Below are positions 9,484 to 18,691 of a stretch of DNA of 64,000 nt, piece after piece (the stretch's first letter is position 1; each line of letters begins with the position of its first letter). The position numbers and the translations under genes are program-made. The stretch comes from Elusimicrobiota bacterium (GTDB taxonomy: Bacteria > Elusimicrobiota > Elusimicrobia > FEN-1173 > JAKLIF01), in the NCBI GenBank assembly GCA_022709755.1, contig JAKLIF010000003.1:29171-93170 (forward strand), in the 5' to 3' direction. The notes under the pieces were generated by a model. It saw only the letters and a program-made list of their open reading frames with translations. It was not told the DNA's origin and ran no database searches.

Positions 9484-10644
9484 ATGCCGACACCGATCCG
9501 CGTGTTGATTGCCATCGATGTTTCCGACGACGCCCAGTGGCTGCTCGATGAACTTCGTTGCGGGGGCTACTCGCCGGTGTGGAAATGCGTCGTCTCGCTG
9601 GAAGAACTGGGCGATGCTCTCCTGTCGAAACCGTGGGATGTGGTGGTGGCGGATTATTCCACATCGAGTTTCACCGGGCTGGACGTGTTCAACCTGGTCC
9701 GCAAGAGGGGCTTGGATATCCCCGTCATCATCATATCGGACCCCGTGGGGGACATGGACGCGGCCGAGCTCCTCCGCCTGGGCATAGCGGATTTTCTCAT
9801 CAAGGGCCACCTGGAACGGTTGGTCCCCGTGATTGAACGCGAACTCCGCCGCGAGGGGGTCAAGAAAGAGCTGAACGACCTGCGGAGAGAGATGAGGGCG
9901 AAAAGCGAGCAACTCTATCAGGCGAACAAAGTGAGATTTCTGGGCCATCTGGCCGGGGGGATGGCTCACGATTTCAACAACCTGCTCACGGCGATCATCG
10001 GTTACACCGACGTCGTCCTGCAGGATTTAAAAACCGGGAAAGTGAATCGGGAAGATGTGGAGGGGATCCGTCTGGCGGCCCAAAAGTCGGCCGTGTTGAG
10101 CCGCCAGCTGTTGGTGTTCAATCCCCGTCATTCGACGGAACCGCGCCCCGTGGACGTGAACCAATTCGTCACGGACATGGAGAAGATGTTCCAGCGGCTG
10201 ATCGGGGACGGTATCCGACTGGAGCTGGGTTTGGACGCCCACCTCCATCCGGCGGTCGTCGATCCCGTGCATCTGGGGCAGATCCTCTTCAGCTTGGCGG
10301 TCAGCGCCATGGAATCCATGCCCGAGGGAGGGCGCCTCATCATCGAGACGGCCAATGCCCGGTTGGAAGCCATGACCCTCCCTTCGGGAGAGGAGGTCCG
10401 TCCGGGGGACTACGTTCTCCTGGCGGTCAGCGACACCGGTCCGGGGATGGACGCTCATACCCAGTCCCGGCTGTTCAATCCGGCGTTGTCGTCTCCTCCG
10501 GAAGACCATCCCCCGGGGTTGGACACGGCGTACCGCATCGTCAGGCAGAACGCGGGATACATCACGATCTACAGCGAGTTGGGCCGGGGAAAGACCGTCA
10601 AGGTCCATCTGCCCCGGAGTCCGGAACAGTCCGAGAAAGATTGA
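9484..10644 (+). CDS. cytoplasmic hybrid histidine kinase: N-terminal receiver domain + HisKA + HATPase_c
   Basis: REC domain VLIAIDVSDD...VVVADY. H-box FLGHLAGGMAHDFNN. ATPase region SDTGPGMD...GLDTAYRIV...GRGKTVKVHLP. No TM segments. Second ATG chosen because GGAAAGGA sits just upstream. Confidence 0.75.
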   Translation: MPTPIRVLIAIDVSDDAQWLLDELRCGGYSPVWKCVVSLEELGDALLSKPWDVVVADYSTSSFTGLDVFNLVRKRGLDIPVIIISDPVGDMDAAELLRLGIADFLIKGHLERLVPVIERELRREGVKKELNDLRREMRAKSEQLYQANKVRFLGHLAGGMAHDFNNLLTAIIGYTDVVLQDLKTGKVNREDVEGIRLAAQKSAVLSRQLLVFNPRHSTEPRPVDVNQFVTDMEKMFQRLIGDGIRLELGLDAHLHPAVVDPVHLGQILFSLAVSAMESMPEGGRLIIETANARLEAMTLPSGEEVRPGDYVLLAVSDTGPGMDAHTQSRLFNPALSSPPEDHPPGLDTAYRIVRQNAGYITIYSELGRGKTVKVHLPRSPEQSEKD

Positions 10645-10655
10645 AAGGAACGCTC

Positions 10656-10967
10656 ATGTTCGATATGTTGTGGGGAAAGATCACGAATATCGTCGATGAC
10701 GACAGCTTCGACGTGCAGGTGGCCCGTTCCGCCAAGATCAACGCCAACGTCTACCCCGCCGAGGTGCGGGTGCGGTTCGCCGCCACGCCCAATTATGAGA
10801 GTCTTTTGACCAAGGAACAGATGGAAAAATATCTATTGGGTAAGAAGGTGGAGCTGATCGTCCAATTTTGGGATGTGAAGAATCGGCTGGTGTGCGGAGT
10901 GAAAATCCTTCAGCAGGCGAATCCGGCGAAAGAAGCCGCCGCCGCTCCCGTCGCCCAGACGGCCTGA
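10656..10967 (+). CDS. small hypothetical protein, possible SNase-like OB fold
   Basis: 103 aa. GKITNIVDDDSFDVQV...EVRVRF resembles the first strands of thermonuclease-like OB folds. AGGAA SD upstream. Ala/Pro-rich tail. Confidence 0.4.
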   Translation: MFDMLWGKITNIVDDDSFDVQVARSAKINANVYPAEVRVRFAATPNYESLLTKEQMEKYLLGKKVELIVQFWDVKNRLVCGVKILQQANPAKEAAAAPVAQTA

Positions 10968-10974
10968 AAACCCG

Positions 10975-12294
10975 TTACCAAACCTCGTCGAGGAAGGAGA
11001 GCGATTTCTGACACCACTTGTCCACGAAGACCTTGCGGTTGGTCTCCCGGCACCGGTCGTAGTCGGTGTCGGAATACCCCGTCCCTCCTTCGTGATGGAT
11101 GTAGACGTCTTCGATGAGCAGGAGTTTGAACCCCGCCTGCCTCACTCGCAAGGCGTAGTCGTAATCTTCGTAACCCCCGGGCCCGAACCGTTCGTCCAGA
11201 AGGCCCACCAGTTCGATGACGTTCCGTTTGATGAGCAGGCAGAACCCGTCCAGCCGGGGAACGGACAGCCGTCCTCCCTCGTGTTGGCGGGCCCATCGGT
11301 CGGCGAAGGCATCCAGGTTCCTGAGGGATTTATAGGGGATGGGAGCCACTTTCTGGGCGCCCACCGCGCCGTTGGTGTGCGGTCCGGCCATCCCGGCTTT
11401 GGGGTCCACTTTCATCCGGCGGATCATGCGTTCCAGCCAGCGCGCGGTGACCACGGTGTCGGCGTTGAGCAGCATGATGAACCGGCCGTGGGCGGCGCGG
11501 ATGCCCTGGTTACAGGCCGCGGCGAAAAACTTGTTCTGCGGGTTGTGGATCACGGTCACGTCTTTCACTGATTTAAGGAACTCGGTGGACTTGTCGGTGG
11601 TGCCGTTGTCCACGACGATGATCTCGTAAGGGACGTTGGTGTGTTTCCGGATGCTCTCGAGGCAAGCCCCCAGATAGCGGCCGTCGTTGTGCGTGGGGAT
11701 GATGATGCTGGTCAGATCCGCTTTGGGTGTCAGGGTGTTCTTTTTGAAAGTGTGGGTGCCGATGGCCTTGAACTGGTCGTTGAGCCACGGCCCGATCTTT
11801 GAGACGTCGGAAGGGACCACGGCGGGGGTGATGTGGGGGTCCACGCGGGCGGTCAGCGCATCGCCGTCCCGTTCGGAGCGGGTCCAGACGGCATCGGCCG
11901 TCTGAAGGATCTCCGACCACATCTCGCGTTGACGCAGTCCGTCGGTGGTGCCGGTGAGGTCCCTGAGGAACTCCATGTCCGGCAGAAAGCAGACGAGGGA
12001 CTGGTCGGCCCCGGCCAACTGGCGGAGGGGGAAAAAGTAGCGGTTGATGGCCGCACTGTCCAGAAAAAGGACGGCGGTCAGCGGGGTGTTGGTGAGGATG
12101 GTTTTGGCTGTCTGAAGGAACGAATCGACGTTTCCGTGGGGACTTGGGTGGATGGTCAGAGTGGCTGACGGTGGAACCGTGGGTTTCTCTGAGAGCAGGT
12201 GCAACGACCAACCGGACGAGAGGGCTTTATCGAGACCGCCGGTTTGAGTGTCGCCGGGCCATTCGGACGCGACGAGGAGCAAGTTTTGAGTCAT
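10975..12294 (-). CDS. family 2 glycosyltransferase with an N-terminal domain of unknown function
   Basis: C-terminal half carries the GT2 signature IIIPTHNDGRYLGACLESI...IIVVDNGTTD...DAD-like LLNADTVV ... DYDYALR. Confidence 0.8.
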   Translation of the reverse strand: MTQNLLLVASEWPGDTQTGGLDKALSSGWSLHLLSEKPTVPPSATLTIHPSPHGNVDSFLQTAKTILTNTPLTAVLFLDSAAINRYFFPLRQLAGADQSLVCFLPDMEFLRDLTGTTDGLRQREMWSEILQTADAVWTRSERDGDALTARVDPHITPAVVPSDVSKIGPWLNDQFKAIGTHTFKKNTLTPKADLTSIIIPTHNDGRYLGACLESIRKHTNVPYEIIVVDNGTTDKSTEFLKSVKDVTVIHNPQNKFFAAACNQGIRAAHGRFIMLLNADTVVTARWLERMIRRMKVDPKAGMAGPHTNGAVGAQKVAPIPYKSLRNLDAFADRWARQHEGGRLSVPRLDGFCLLIKRNVIELVGLLDERFGPGGYEDYDYALRVRQAGFKLLLIEDVYIHHEGGTGYSDTDYDRCRETNRKVFVDKWCQKSLSFLDEVW

Positions 12295-12611
12295 GGGGTG
12301 ATTCTATGTTTTTTTGCCCTAAAACGGAAACGTTCCTCATCTCATGAGTGTGAGGACGGTCAAGGCCGCTTGGTCACCCTGAAGCGATGAGCAAGGGATT
12401 TAGGTGGGGATGTGAGTGGGAGAGAGTGGTTAACCTTCTTGGGTATACCGCTGCACTCGACGCCCTGCAAGGAGTAGGAGACGGAACATGGGGGTAAAAT
12501 ATAAAGAGGCAGGTTGTTTCTTGAGTAGGTTTAAAAATTGTTTTTGAGATAGAAAATATATTTTAACAGAAGTAAAAAATACCCAATATTTTGAATGGAG
12601 GAGATAAACTA

Positions 12612-13898
12612 ATGATAAATCCTGAACAAGGTTTTACCTCGGGAGTGATTCGTGAGGCAGATCGTTTTGTTGGTCGCTATGAAGATATTCGTGATTGTAT
12701 TAAAGCAATTAATACGGAGTTGGGACTCGTGGCTGTTTACGGTAAACGAGGTGTTGGAAAGTCTTCAATTCTGAGGCAAATACAACACATGGCACTTGGT
12801 GATTATGGGTTGTCAAAAAAATCAGGACTTGAAAGGGAAATTCCTACGCGCCCTCGAACCTATCTAACAGTGTATTATACTTGTGATTCAATGATTAGAT
12901 CGGGGCAGGATCTTCTCCAGCGGTTATGTAACGATCAGGATCCTGAGGACGGGTTGCTTCGCCTCGTTCCAAATGACGGAAAAGAAATTGTTGAGTTTGC
13001 GAGAACGAAGGAGGTTTCTTTGGGTGCAGATCTAAAAGTTGTTAATTGGGGATCAAAGGGAATCGAATCTTCAAAATATGCCCGAATAATTCCTAACGAT
13101 ATAGTCCAAACATTCCGTAATATGGTTAATGCTATTGTTATACATCAGGTCGAAAAACGAATGAAACGTGACGGTCTCTTAGTATTGCTGGATGAGTTTG
13201 ACGTCATAAAAGATAAAGCAGGATTGGGTTCACTTATAAAGTCATTGAGTAGTGAAAAGGTTAAATTTGGTGTTTGTGGTATTGGTCGGGATTTGACGGA
13301 TTTGGTTAATGATCATGCTTCAATAGAAAGGTTATTGGAGGAAGGGGCTATTCATGTGAAGCCTATGGCTGAAATGGAACTTGAACGCATTATTACTAGA
13401 GCTGAAGAATTGTTCAAGGGCGCTCTTAGTTTCTCCTCAACTGTAAAGGCTAGAATCGCAAAGCTCTCTCAAGGGTATCCCTATCTCGTTCAGTTGTTTG
13501 GAAAGGAATGTGTGGCTGTGGCCAATAAGACATCCGTAAATGAAATTGATGACCATGTGTTTGACATGGTAATAGAGGATATTCAATCCGGTCGGGCGTT
13601 TCCGACGCTTGAGGCTATGTATCAAAAGGCAATTGGTGGTTCTACAGATCGACAGAAATTACTTTGGTTGCTTGCCGAGCATAAAGAAGAGGCCCCTCTT
13701 TATCAGGACGAGTCAGGGCGCATACAACTAAAGAAAGTTCGAACAGATGCTGACGTTTTTGATATACCTTACGTTGACCAACTGCTTCCTCGGTTGATTG
13801 ATGCAAATTATGGGCCGATTCTGTATCGTGAAAAACAGGGTGTTTACGAATTTCTCAATCCTGTATTTCGAGTTTACGTCACTCTTCGCAATATCTAG
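12612..13898 (+). CDS. P-loop NTPase of the archaeal-type ATPase (Arch_ATPase/ORC-Cdc6-like AAA) family; low-GC, probably horizontally acquired
   Basis: FVGRYEDIRDCIKAINTELGLVAVYGKRGVGKSSIL matches the FVGR-x-E-L-x-L...GxRRxGKT N-terminal signature. Walker B is LLVLLDEFD. ~40% GC versus ~63% surroundings. GGAGGAG SD 8 nt upstream of the ATG. The track ORF begins at an upstream TTG. Confidence 0.75.
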   Translation: MINPEQGFTSGVIREADRFVGRYEDIRDCIKAINTELGLVAVYGKRGVGKSSILRQIQHMALGDYGLSKKSGLEREIPTRPRTYLTVYYTCDSMIRSGQDLLQRLCNDQDPEDGLLRLVPNDGKEIVEFARTKEVSLGADLKVVNWGSKGIESSKYARIIPNDIVQTFRNMVNAIVIHQVEKRMKRDGLLVLLDEFDVIKDKAGLGSLIKSLSSEKVKFGVCGIGRDLTDLVNDHASIERLLEEGAIHVKPMAEMELERIITRAEELFKGALSFSSTVKARIAKLSQGYPYLVQLFGKECVAVANKTSVNEIDDHVFDMVIEDIQSGRAFPTLEAMYQKAIGGSTDRQKLLWLLAEHKEEAPLYQDESGRIQLKKVRTDADVFDIPYVDQLLPRLIDANYGPILYREKQGVYEFLNPVFRVYVTLRNI

Positions 13899-14117
13899 TT
13901 GCTTTTTAGTTTATTATGTATGGGCGGGATTGGTTGATGTTTATCTTCTTAATATTTATAAAAAACGATTCCGATCTTGTGTGTAAAAGGATGGGTAACT
14001 AATATAGCGAATGATGCCACAAAAAGAATAATACTTTGATATGCAATCCCCGCTCCTTGTTTATGTTCAACGTCGGCCCTCATTTACTTTCCCAATCCTG
14101 ACTGATAGAATAGCTCC

Positions 14118-15221
14118 ATGGCGAAGGTCATCCTGCAGAACCTCCAAAAAAAATACGCGGAACACGACGTCGTCCGGAACGTGAACCTCGAAATCCCGGA
14201 CAAGGAGTTCTTCATCCTTGTCGGGCCGTCCGGGTGCGGTAAATCCACCACGCTCCGCATGATCGCCGGGCTGGAAGATATCAGCGGCGGGCAGGTGCTC
14301 ATCAACGACCGCGTGGTCAACAACGTCGCGCCGAAAGACCGCGATATCGCCATGGTTTTTCAGAACTACGCCCTTTATCCCCACATGACCGTCTATGAAA
14401 ACATGTCGTTCGGGTTGAAACTCAAGAAAATCCCCAAAAAAGAGATCGATAAACGGGTGAACGAGGCGGCCGATATCCTGAACATCCGGGAATTGTTGCA
14501 GCGGAAGCCCAAAGCCCTCTCGGGCGGTCAGCGTCAACGCGTAGCGGTGGGGCGGGCCATCGTGCGCAAACCACAGGTCTTCCTTTTCGACGAGCCGTTG
14601 TCCAACCTGGACGCCAAGATGCGCGTGCAGATGCGGGTGGAGTTGTCCCGCTTGCACGACCAGCTTCAGACCACCATGATCTACGTGACCCACGACCAGG
14701 TGGAAGCCATGACCATGGGTGACCGGATCTGCGTGATGAAAGACGGCGAGGTTCAGCAGGTGGCTCCGCCGTTGGAACTATACCATAAGCCGGTCAATCA
14801 GTTCGTGGCCGGGTTCATAGGAAACCCGCCGATGAATTTCATGCCGGTGCAGGTCGTCCTTCAGGTGGATTCTTACTGGCTCCTCAATGAGTCTGTCAAT
14901 CTGCGCGTGCCAAAAAAATTCGATGCCCGGATGAAAGCGCTCGTCGGCAAGACGGTCACGCTCGGCATCCGCCCGGAAGATATTTACGACAAACTATTTT
15001 ATGGGACCACCGTTCTGCCGGGAACCACCGTCAAGGCCAACGTGGATGTGGTGGAACCGATGGGTTCCGAGATCTACCTTTATTTGAAAGCCGGGAAACA
15101 AGACGTCATTGCGCGGGTCCCTCCTCAAGTCCAAGCCCACGCCGGGCAGAAGATGGAAGTGGTGTTCAATCTGGAACAGCTTCATCTGTTCGACGCCGAG
15201 TCCGGCCTGTCGTTGATTTGA
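14118..15221 (+). CDS. ABC transporter ATP-binding protein, MalK/UgpC/MsiK sugar-import family, with C-terminal TOBE-like regulatory domain
   Basis: Walker A GPSGCGKST, Q-loop, signature LSGGQRQRVAVGRA, Walker B VFLFDEPLSNLD, H-loop VTHDQ. No cognate permease or binding protein in the window. Confidence 0.9.
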   Translation: MAKVILQNLQKKYAEHDVVRNVNLEIPDKEFFILVGPSGCGKSTTLRMIAGLEDISGGQVLINDRVVNNVAPKDRDIAMVFQNYALYPHMTVYENMSFGLKLKKIPKKEIDKRVNEAADILNIRELLQRKPKALSGGQRQRVAVGRAIVRKPQVFLFDEPLSNLDAKMRVQMRVELSRLHDQLQTTMIYVTHDQVEAMTMGDRICVMKDGEVQQVAPPLELYHKPVNQFVAGFIGNPPMNFMPVQVVLQVDSYWLLNESVNLRVPKKFDARMKALVGKTVTLGIRPEDIYDKLFYGTTVLPGTTVKANVDVVEPMGSEIYLYLKAGKQDVIARVPPQVQAHAGQKMEVVFNLEQLHLFDAESGLSLI

Positions 15222-15286
15222 CCTTTTTGTAAAATCCAAGACATCACGAGTCTGTCCTCCTCCGATTGAGGGAAACGATCCATTTT

Positions 15287-16555
15287 ATGAGACCCAATGA
15301 AGGTAAAAGCATATCCCAAATGATTTTGAGGGCGGTTCTTCTCGCCCTGTTCTCGATCGGCCCTCTCGGCGCACAAGGGCCGGAGTGGATCGACGTGCCG
15401 GGATTGGATTCCGAATACGAATCGGACCGGTTCATGAGCGATATCCCGTGGGATTGGCGCGAATCGTTCTGGGCCTCCCCGTCCGGCGTGCAGATGACCG
15501 GCGGTTCCATGAACATCCGCCATCTTTACCTCCAACAGGACATTAAATTGCGGGTGCCGCTGGTGGAGAACAGATTCTGGTTCCGCTACCGGTATCAGAA
15601 ATTCGACACCCTCGAACGGAATAGGTCCGATTCGCTCTGGGAGTTCGAATATCGGCCGTGGCGCGACTGGTTCGTGTCGTTCCTGGGCGAGCCCCGTTAC
15701 CATAAGGCCGAAGCCAACATGGGGGCGCGGGTCCGGTGGGGGCGCGCCGAGAACCGGTCGGTGGACGCCGCCATACTCTTTCCGAACTTCGACACGAATT
15801 ATGCTTTCCATAACACCTCTGTCAACGAGGGTTACCAGGAGTTCTATGACGATTTTCCAAAGGACGTCCGGCTGACGGCCGTTTGGTCGGGCCACGGCAC
15901 GTCCGTGCGCGCTCAAGCCCGAAAAATGACACTCTGGCGGAAACAGCATCGTGACTTGACCACGCCTTTTGTAGAATATAGGGAGACCGGCGGAGAGACC
16001 GACCTGTCGGTGGAGATGCGATGCCGAGGAGAGCGGTTCGGCGTCACGTTGGAAGGGGAATATTGGGACGAACTTCGGTCCGTGTGGTTTTCTCAGACCG
16101 CTTTCGGCCAGGGCCGCCGGCGCGATCAGGTCCGGCGGTTGGTCCGTCCCGCGGCGGAGTGGTATTGGGACCATACCGGAACGGCGCGGATAGGATTTTT
16201 CACGGTGAGACGACGGGAATCGCTCGTGTATTCGGATCCGGCGGTCGCGTCGCGGTTTGAGCGGCAGAACGAGACGTTGCCGTTCGTTCAGGTCATCAAA
16301 AAGTTCGGGCGGGTGATCGAGGCCGAGATGGCTTATGTCCACGATCGGCAAAGGACCACCCGGGAATACGGCGCCGAGACGTTTTCTAAGAGAGAGGAGA
16401 ACCGTTTGAAATTGGCTTGCGGGTTTCAGTTCACTCCGTCCACGTCGCTCCGGTTGGTGACGGGATGGGAATTGGATAAGCGGGATTTCGGCCGGTTCGC
16501 CTATTTCGACGGCGGAACGGTCCAGTTCCAGGCGGTTTTCGGAGGCGTTCAATGA
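15287..16555 (+). CDS. secreted hypothetical protein, Trp/Arg/Phe/Tyr-rich, possibly an outer-membrane beta-barrel
   Basis: Signal-peptide-like MILRAVLLALFSIGPLGAQG, then alternating aromatic/charged beta-like segments. Start uncertain (15287 or 15320). Confidence 0.45.
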   Translation: MRPNEGKSISQMILRAVLLALFSIGPLGAQGPEWIDVPGLDSEYESDRFMSDIPWDWRESFWASPSGVQMTGGSMNIRHLYLQQDIKLRVPLVENRFWFRYRYQKFDTLERNRSDSLWEFEYRPWRDWFVSFLGEPRYHKAEANMGARVRWGRAENRSVDAAILFPNFDTNYAFHNTSVNEGYQEFYDDFPKDVRLTAVWSGHGTSVRAQARKMTLWRKQHRDLTTPFVEYRETGGETDLSVEMRCRGERFGVTLEGEYWDELRSVWFSQTAFGQGRRRDQVRRLVRPAAEWYWDHTGTARIGFFTVRRRESLVYSDPAVASRFERQNETLPFVQVIKKFGRVIEAEMAYVHDRQRTTREYGAETFSKREENRLKLACGFQFTPSTSLRLVTGWELDKRDFGRFAYFDGGTVQFQAVFGGVQ

Positions 16556-17700
16556 CGGATTCATCGAAGGTCGATCCGATCTGCGGCATGAACGGCCGTA
16601 TTCCAGCCCACGGGAAATGGTTTTGTTCCGAATATTGCGTGCGCCAATACGAATCGGATAACGGACTGCCCGCGGCGACGGTCGTGCCGGAGGCGCGGTG
16701 GGGTTGGATCCGGAAACCCATCGTCTGGGTGGCGGCCGCCGAACTGGTTTTGTTGTTCTTGTCTTATCTCCTGCCCGTCCTGGGCCCTTTCCGCCACGTT
16801 TTCGTGATGTATCTCTATAAGATCGCGGGGCCCGTGCTCGTGGGGTTCTTGATCGGCGGGCTGATAGACCATTACGTGCCGCGTTCTTATGTGTCGGGTC
16901 TCATGGCGGGACATGGCGGCGGGGTCTTGGTGCGGTCCACGGGGCTCGGGTTCATCATGGCGGCTTGTTCGCACGGTATTCTGGCGGTGGCCATCGAGTT
17001 GTATCGGAAAGGAGCGTCGGTCCCCGCCGTGATCGCATTCTTGCTCGCCAGCCCGTGGGCGAACTTGCCGGTGACCATCCTCCTGTTCGGGTTTTTCGGG
17101 TTCAAGGCCTTCGCGTTGATATTCATGGCGCTGGTCGTGGCCCTCACCACCGGTTTTTTGTTCCAGGCGTTGGACCGGAAAGGGTGGATCGAGCGGAACC
17201 CCAACACCGTCGAGACGTCCGCCGGTTTTTCAGTCCGGGAAGACATGAGACGGCGCTGGGCGGAGTATCCGCCGACGTGGTCCCGGTTCTTCAGGGAAGA
17301 CGCGCCCGGTGTGGTGCGAGGGGCTTTCTCCCTGGCCGACATGGTGTTGTGGTGGATCCTCCTCGGGATGGGCCTGGCCGCGCTGGCGGGGGCGTTGATA
17401 CCGCCGCATTGGTTCCATCGGTGGATGTCCGCCTCGTGGACGGGGTTGGGCGTCACGCTGTTGCTGGCCACCGTCATGGAGATCTGTTCCGAAGGGACCG
17501 CGCCGTTGGCTTTCGAGATCTATCGACAGACGGGCGCGTTCGGGAATGTGGCGGTGTATCTGATGGCCGGCGTGGCGACGGATTATACGGAGATCGGGTT
17601 GCTCTGGAGCACGATCGGACGGCGGACGGCGTTCTGGTTGCCCGCCCTGACCGTGCCGCAGGTGGTCTTATGGGGAATGTTGTTCAATACGCTGTTTTGA
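16552..17700 (+). CDS. TRASH/YHS metal-binding domain fused to a DUF318-type (ArsP/YraQ-like) permease
   Basis: N-terminal DPICGM...CSEYC is a YHS/TRASH-like Cys motif, followed by ~8 predicted TM helices. ATGA overlap with the upstream gene stop. Confidence 0.7.
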   Translation: MTDSSKVDPICGMNGRIPAHGKWFCSEYCVRQYESDNGLPAATVVPEARWGWIRKPIVWVAAAELVLLFLSYLLPVLGPFRHVFVMYLYKIAGPVLVGFLIGGLIDHYVPRSYVSGLMAGHGGGVLVRSTGLGFIMAACSHGILAVAIELYRKGASVPAVIAFLLASPWANLPVTILLFGFFGFKAFALIFMALVVALTTGFLFQALDRKGWIERNPNTVETSAGFSVREDMRRRWAEYPPTWSRFFREDAPGVVRGAFSLADMVLWWILLGMGLAALAGALIPPHWFHRWMSASWTGLGVTLLLATVMEICSEGTAPLAFEIYRQTGAFGNVAVYLMAGVATDYTEIGLLWSTIGRRTAFWLPALTVPQVVLWGMLFNTLF

Positions 17701-18272
17701 GGAAGACGGTCCCGGCGATCGGGTTGGCGTTCCTCGTTCTCGGGGCCGGCGGCCTTTGGGGCGACGAGGACCGGCAGTTCGGCCATTGGCCGTATCCGGA
17801 AGCCGAACCGTCCCAGTTGACGGTGGTGGACAAACAGAAACCGATCTCTCTCCGGCACGAGGCGGCCAAGGCGTTCGAACAGATGAAAAAGGCCGCGCGG
17901 AAAGATAAAGTCCGGCTGGTCCTTTTATCCGGTTTTCGCAGCGTGGAGTATCAAAAGGGTTTGTTCCGTCGGGCGGTGAAGAAGCACGGGTCTTCCAGGG
18001 CTGCCGCGCGCTGGGTGGCCCCGGCGGGCCATTCGGAACATCACACGGGTTACGCGATGGACCTGGGAGACGGGCACCGTCCCAACACGAACCTGGAACC
18101 GGCCTTTGAATCCACCAAGGCGTTCTATTGGTTACAGAAGAACGCCGCTCAATACGGTTTCGAACTGGCGTTCCCGAAGAAGAACGACCGGGGACCCCGG
18201 TATGAACCCTGGCACTGGCATTACGTGGGGAACGAGGAGAGCCGGGCTCTTTTCCATAGAAATAAAGGATGA
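17670..18272 (+). CDS. VanY-like D-alanyl-D-alanine carboxypeptidase (peptidase M15B), membrane-anchored
   Basis: LLSGFRS...Q, AGHSEHHTGYAMDL and WHWHY motifs of the M15B/VanY family. N-terminal anchor TVPAIGLAFLVLGAGGLW. Start overlaps the permease 3' end by 31 nt. The 5' part of the track ORF (16965-17669) is an out-of-frame shadow of the permease gene. Confidence 0.7.
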   Translation: MGNVVQYAVLRKTVPAIGLAFLVLGAGGLWGDEDRQFGHWPYPEAEPSQLTVVDKQKPISLRHEAAKAFEQMKKAARKDKVRLVLLSGFRSVEYQKGLFRRAVKKHGSSRAAARWVAPAGHSEHHTGYAMDLGDGHRPNTNLEPAFESTKAFYWLQKNAAQYGFELAFPKKNDRGPRYEPWHWHYVGNEESRALFHRNKG

Positions 18273-18278
18273 TCTCCC

Positions 18279-18689
18279 ATGGCTCCCGATGATACCGTAT
18301 CAAAAAATGAAAAAAGCGATATCGAGAGACGGCAGACTTCCCGGATCGGTTGTCGGCTGCCGGTCCGGTATAAGGAAAAGGGGCAGGGGCTCCTGGTTAA
18401 TATCAAAACGGCTCAGAGCGGGAACCTGTCGGCGAATGGGATATTTTTGACTTTCGGGGAGAAGATCGCCGTGGGGATGCTGATGGAACTGGAGATTCCG
18501 GTCCCCGGACTGTTGGCGCCGATCAGCGCTCTGGCGAAGGTCGTTTGGCGTGGAGGGACAACGTCGTGTGTGGAGTGCGGCCTGGAATTTACGGAGATAA
18601 AACCGCAGGATAGGGTTTTCTTGATGAAGTTTATACTCGATCAGAAGAAAATATCTTCAGGGAAAAGCGATAAACCCGGCGGGACCTGA
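18279..18689 (+). CDS. PilZ domain c-di-GMP-binding protein
   Basis: RQTSRIGCR (RxxxR) and NLSANGIF (D/N-x-S-x-x-G) motifs; ~130 aa. Confidence 0.7.
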   Translation: MAPDDTVSKNEKSDIERRQTSRIGCRLPVRYKEKGQGLLVNIKTAQSGNLSANGIFLTFGEKIAVGMLMELEIPVPGLLAPISALAKVVWRGGTTSCVECGLEFTEIKPQDRVFLMKFILDQKKISSGKSDKPGGT

Positions 18690-18691
18690 GG

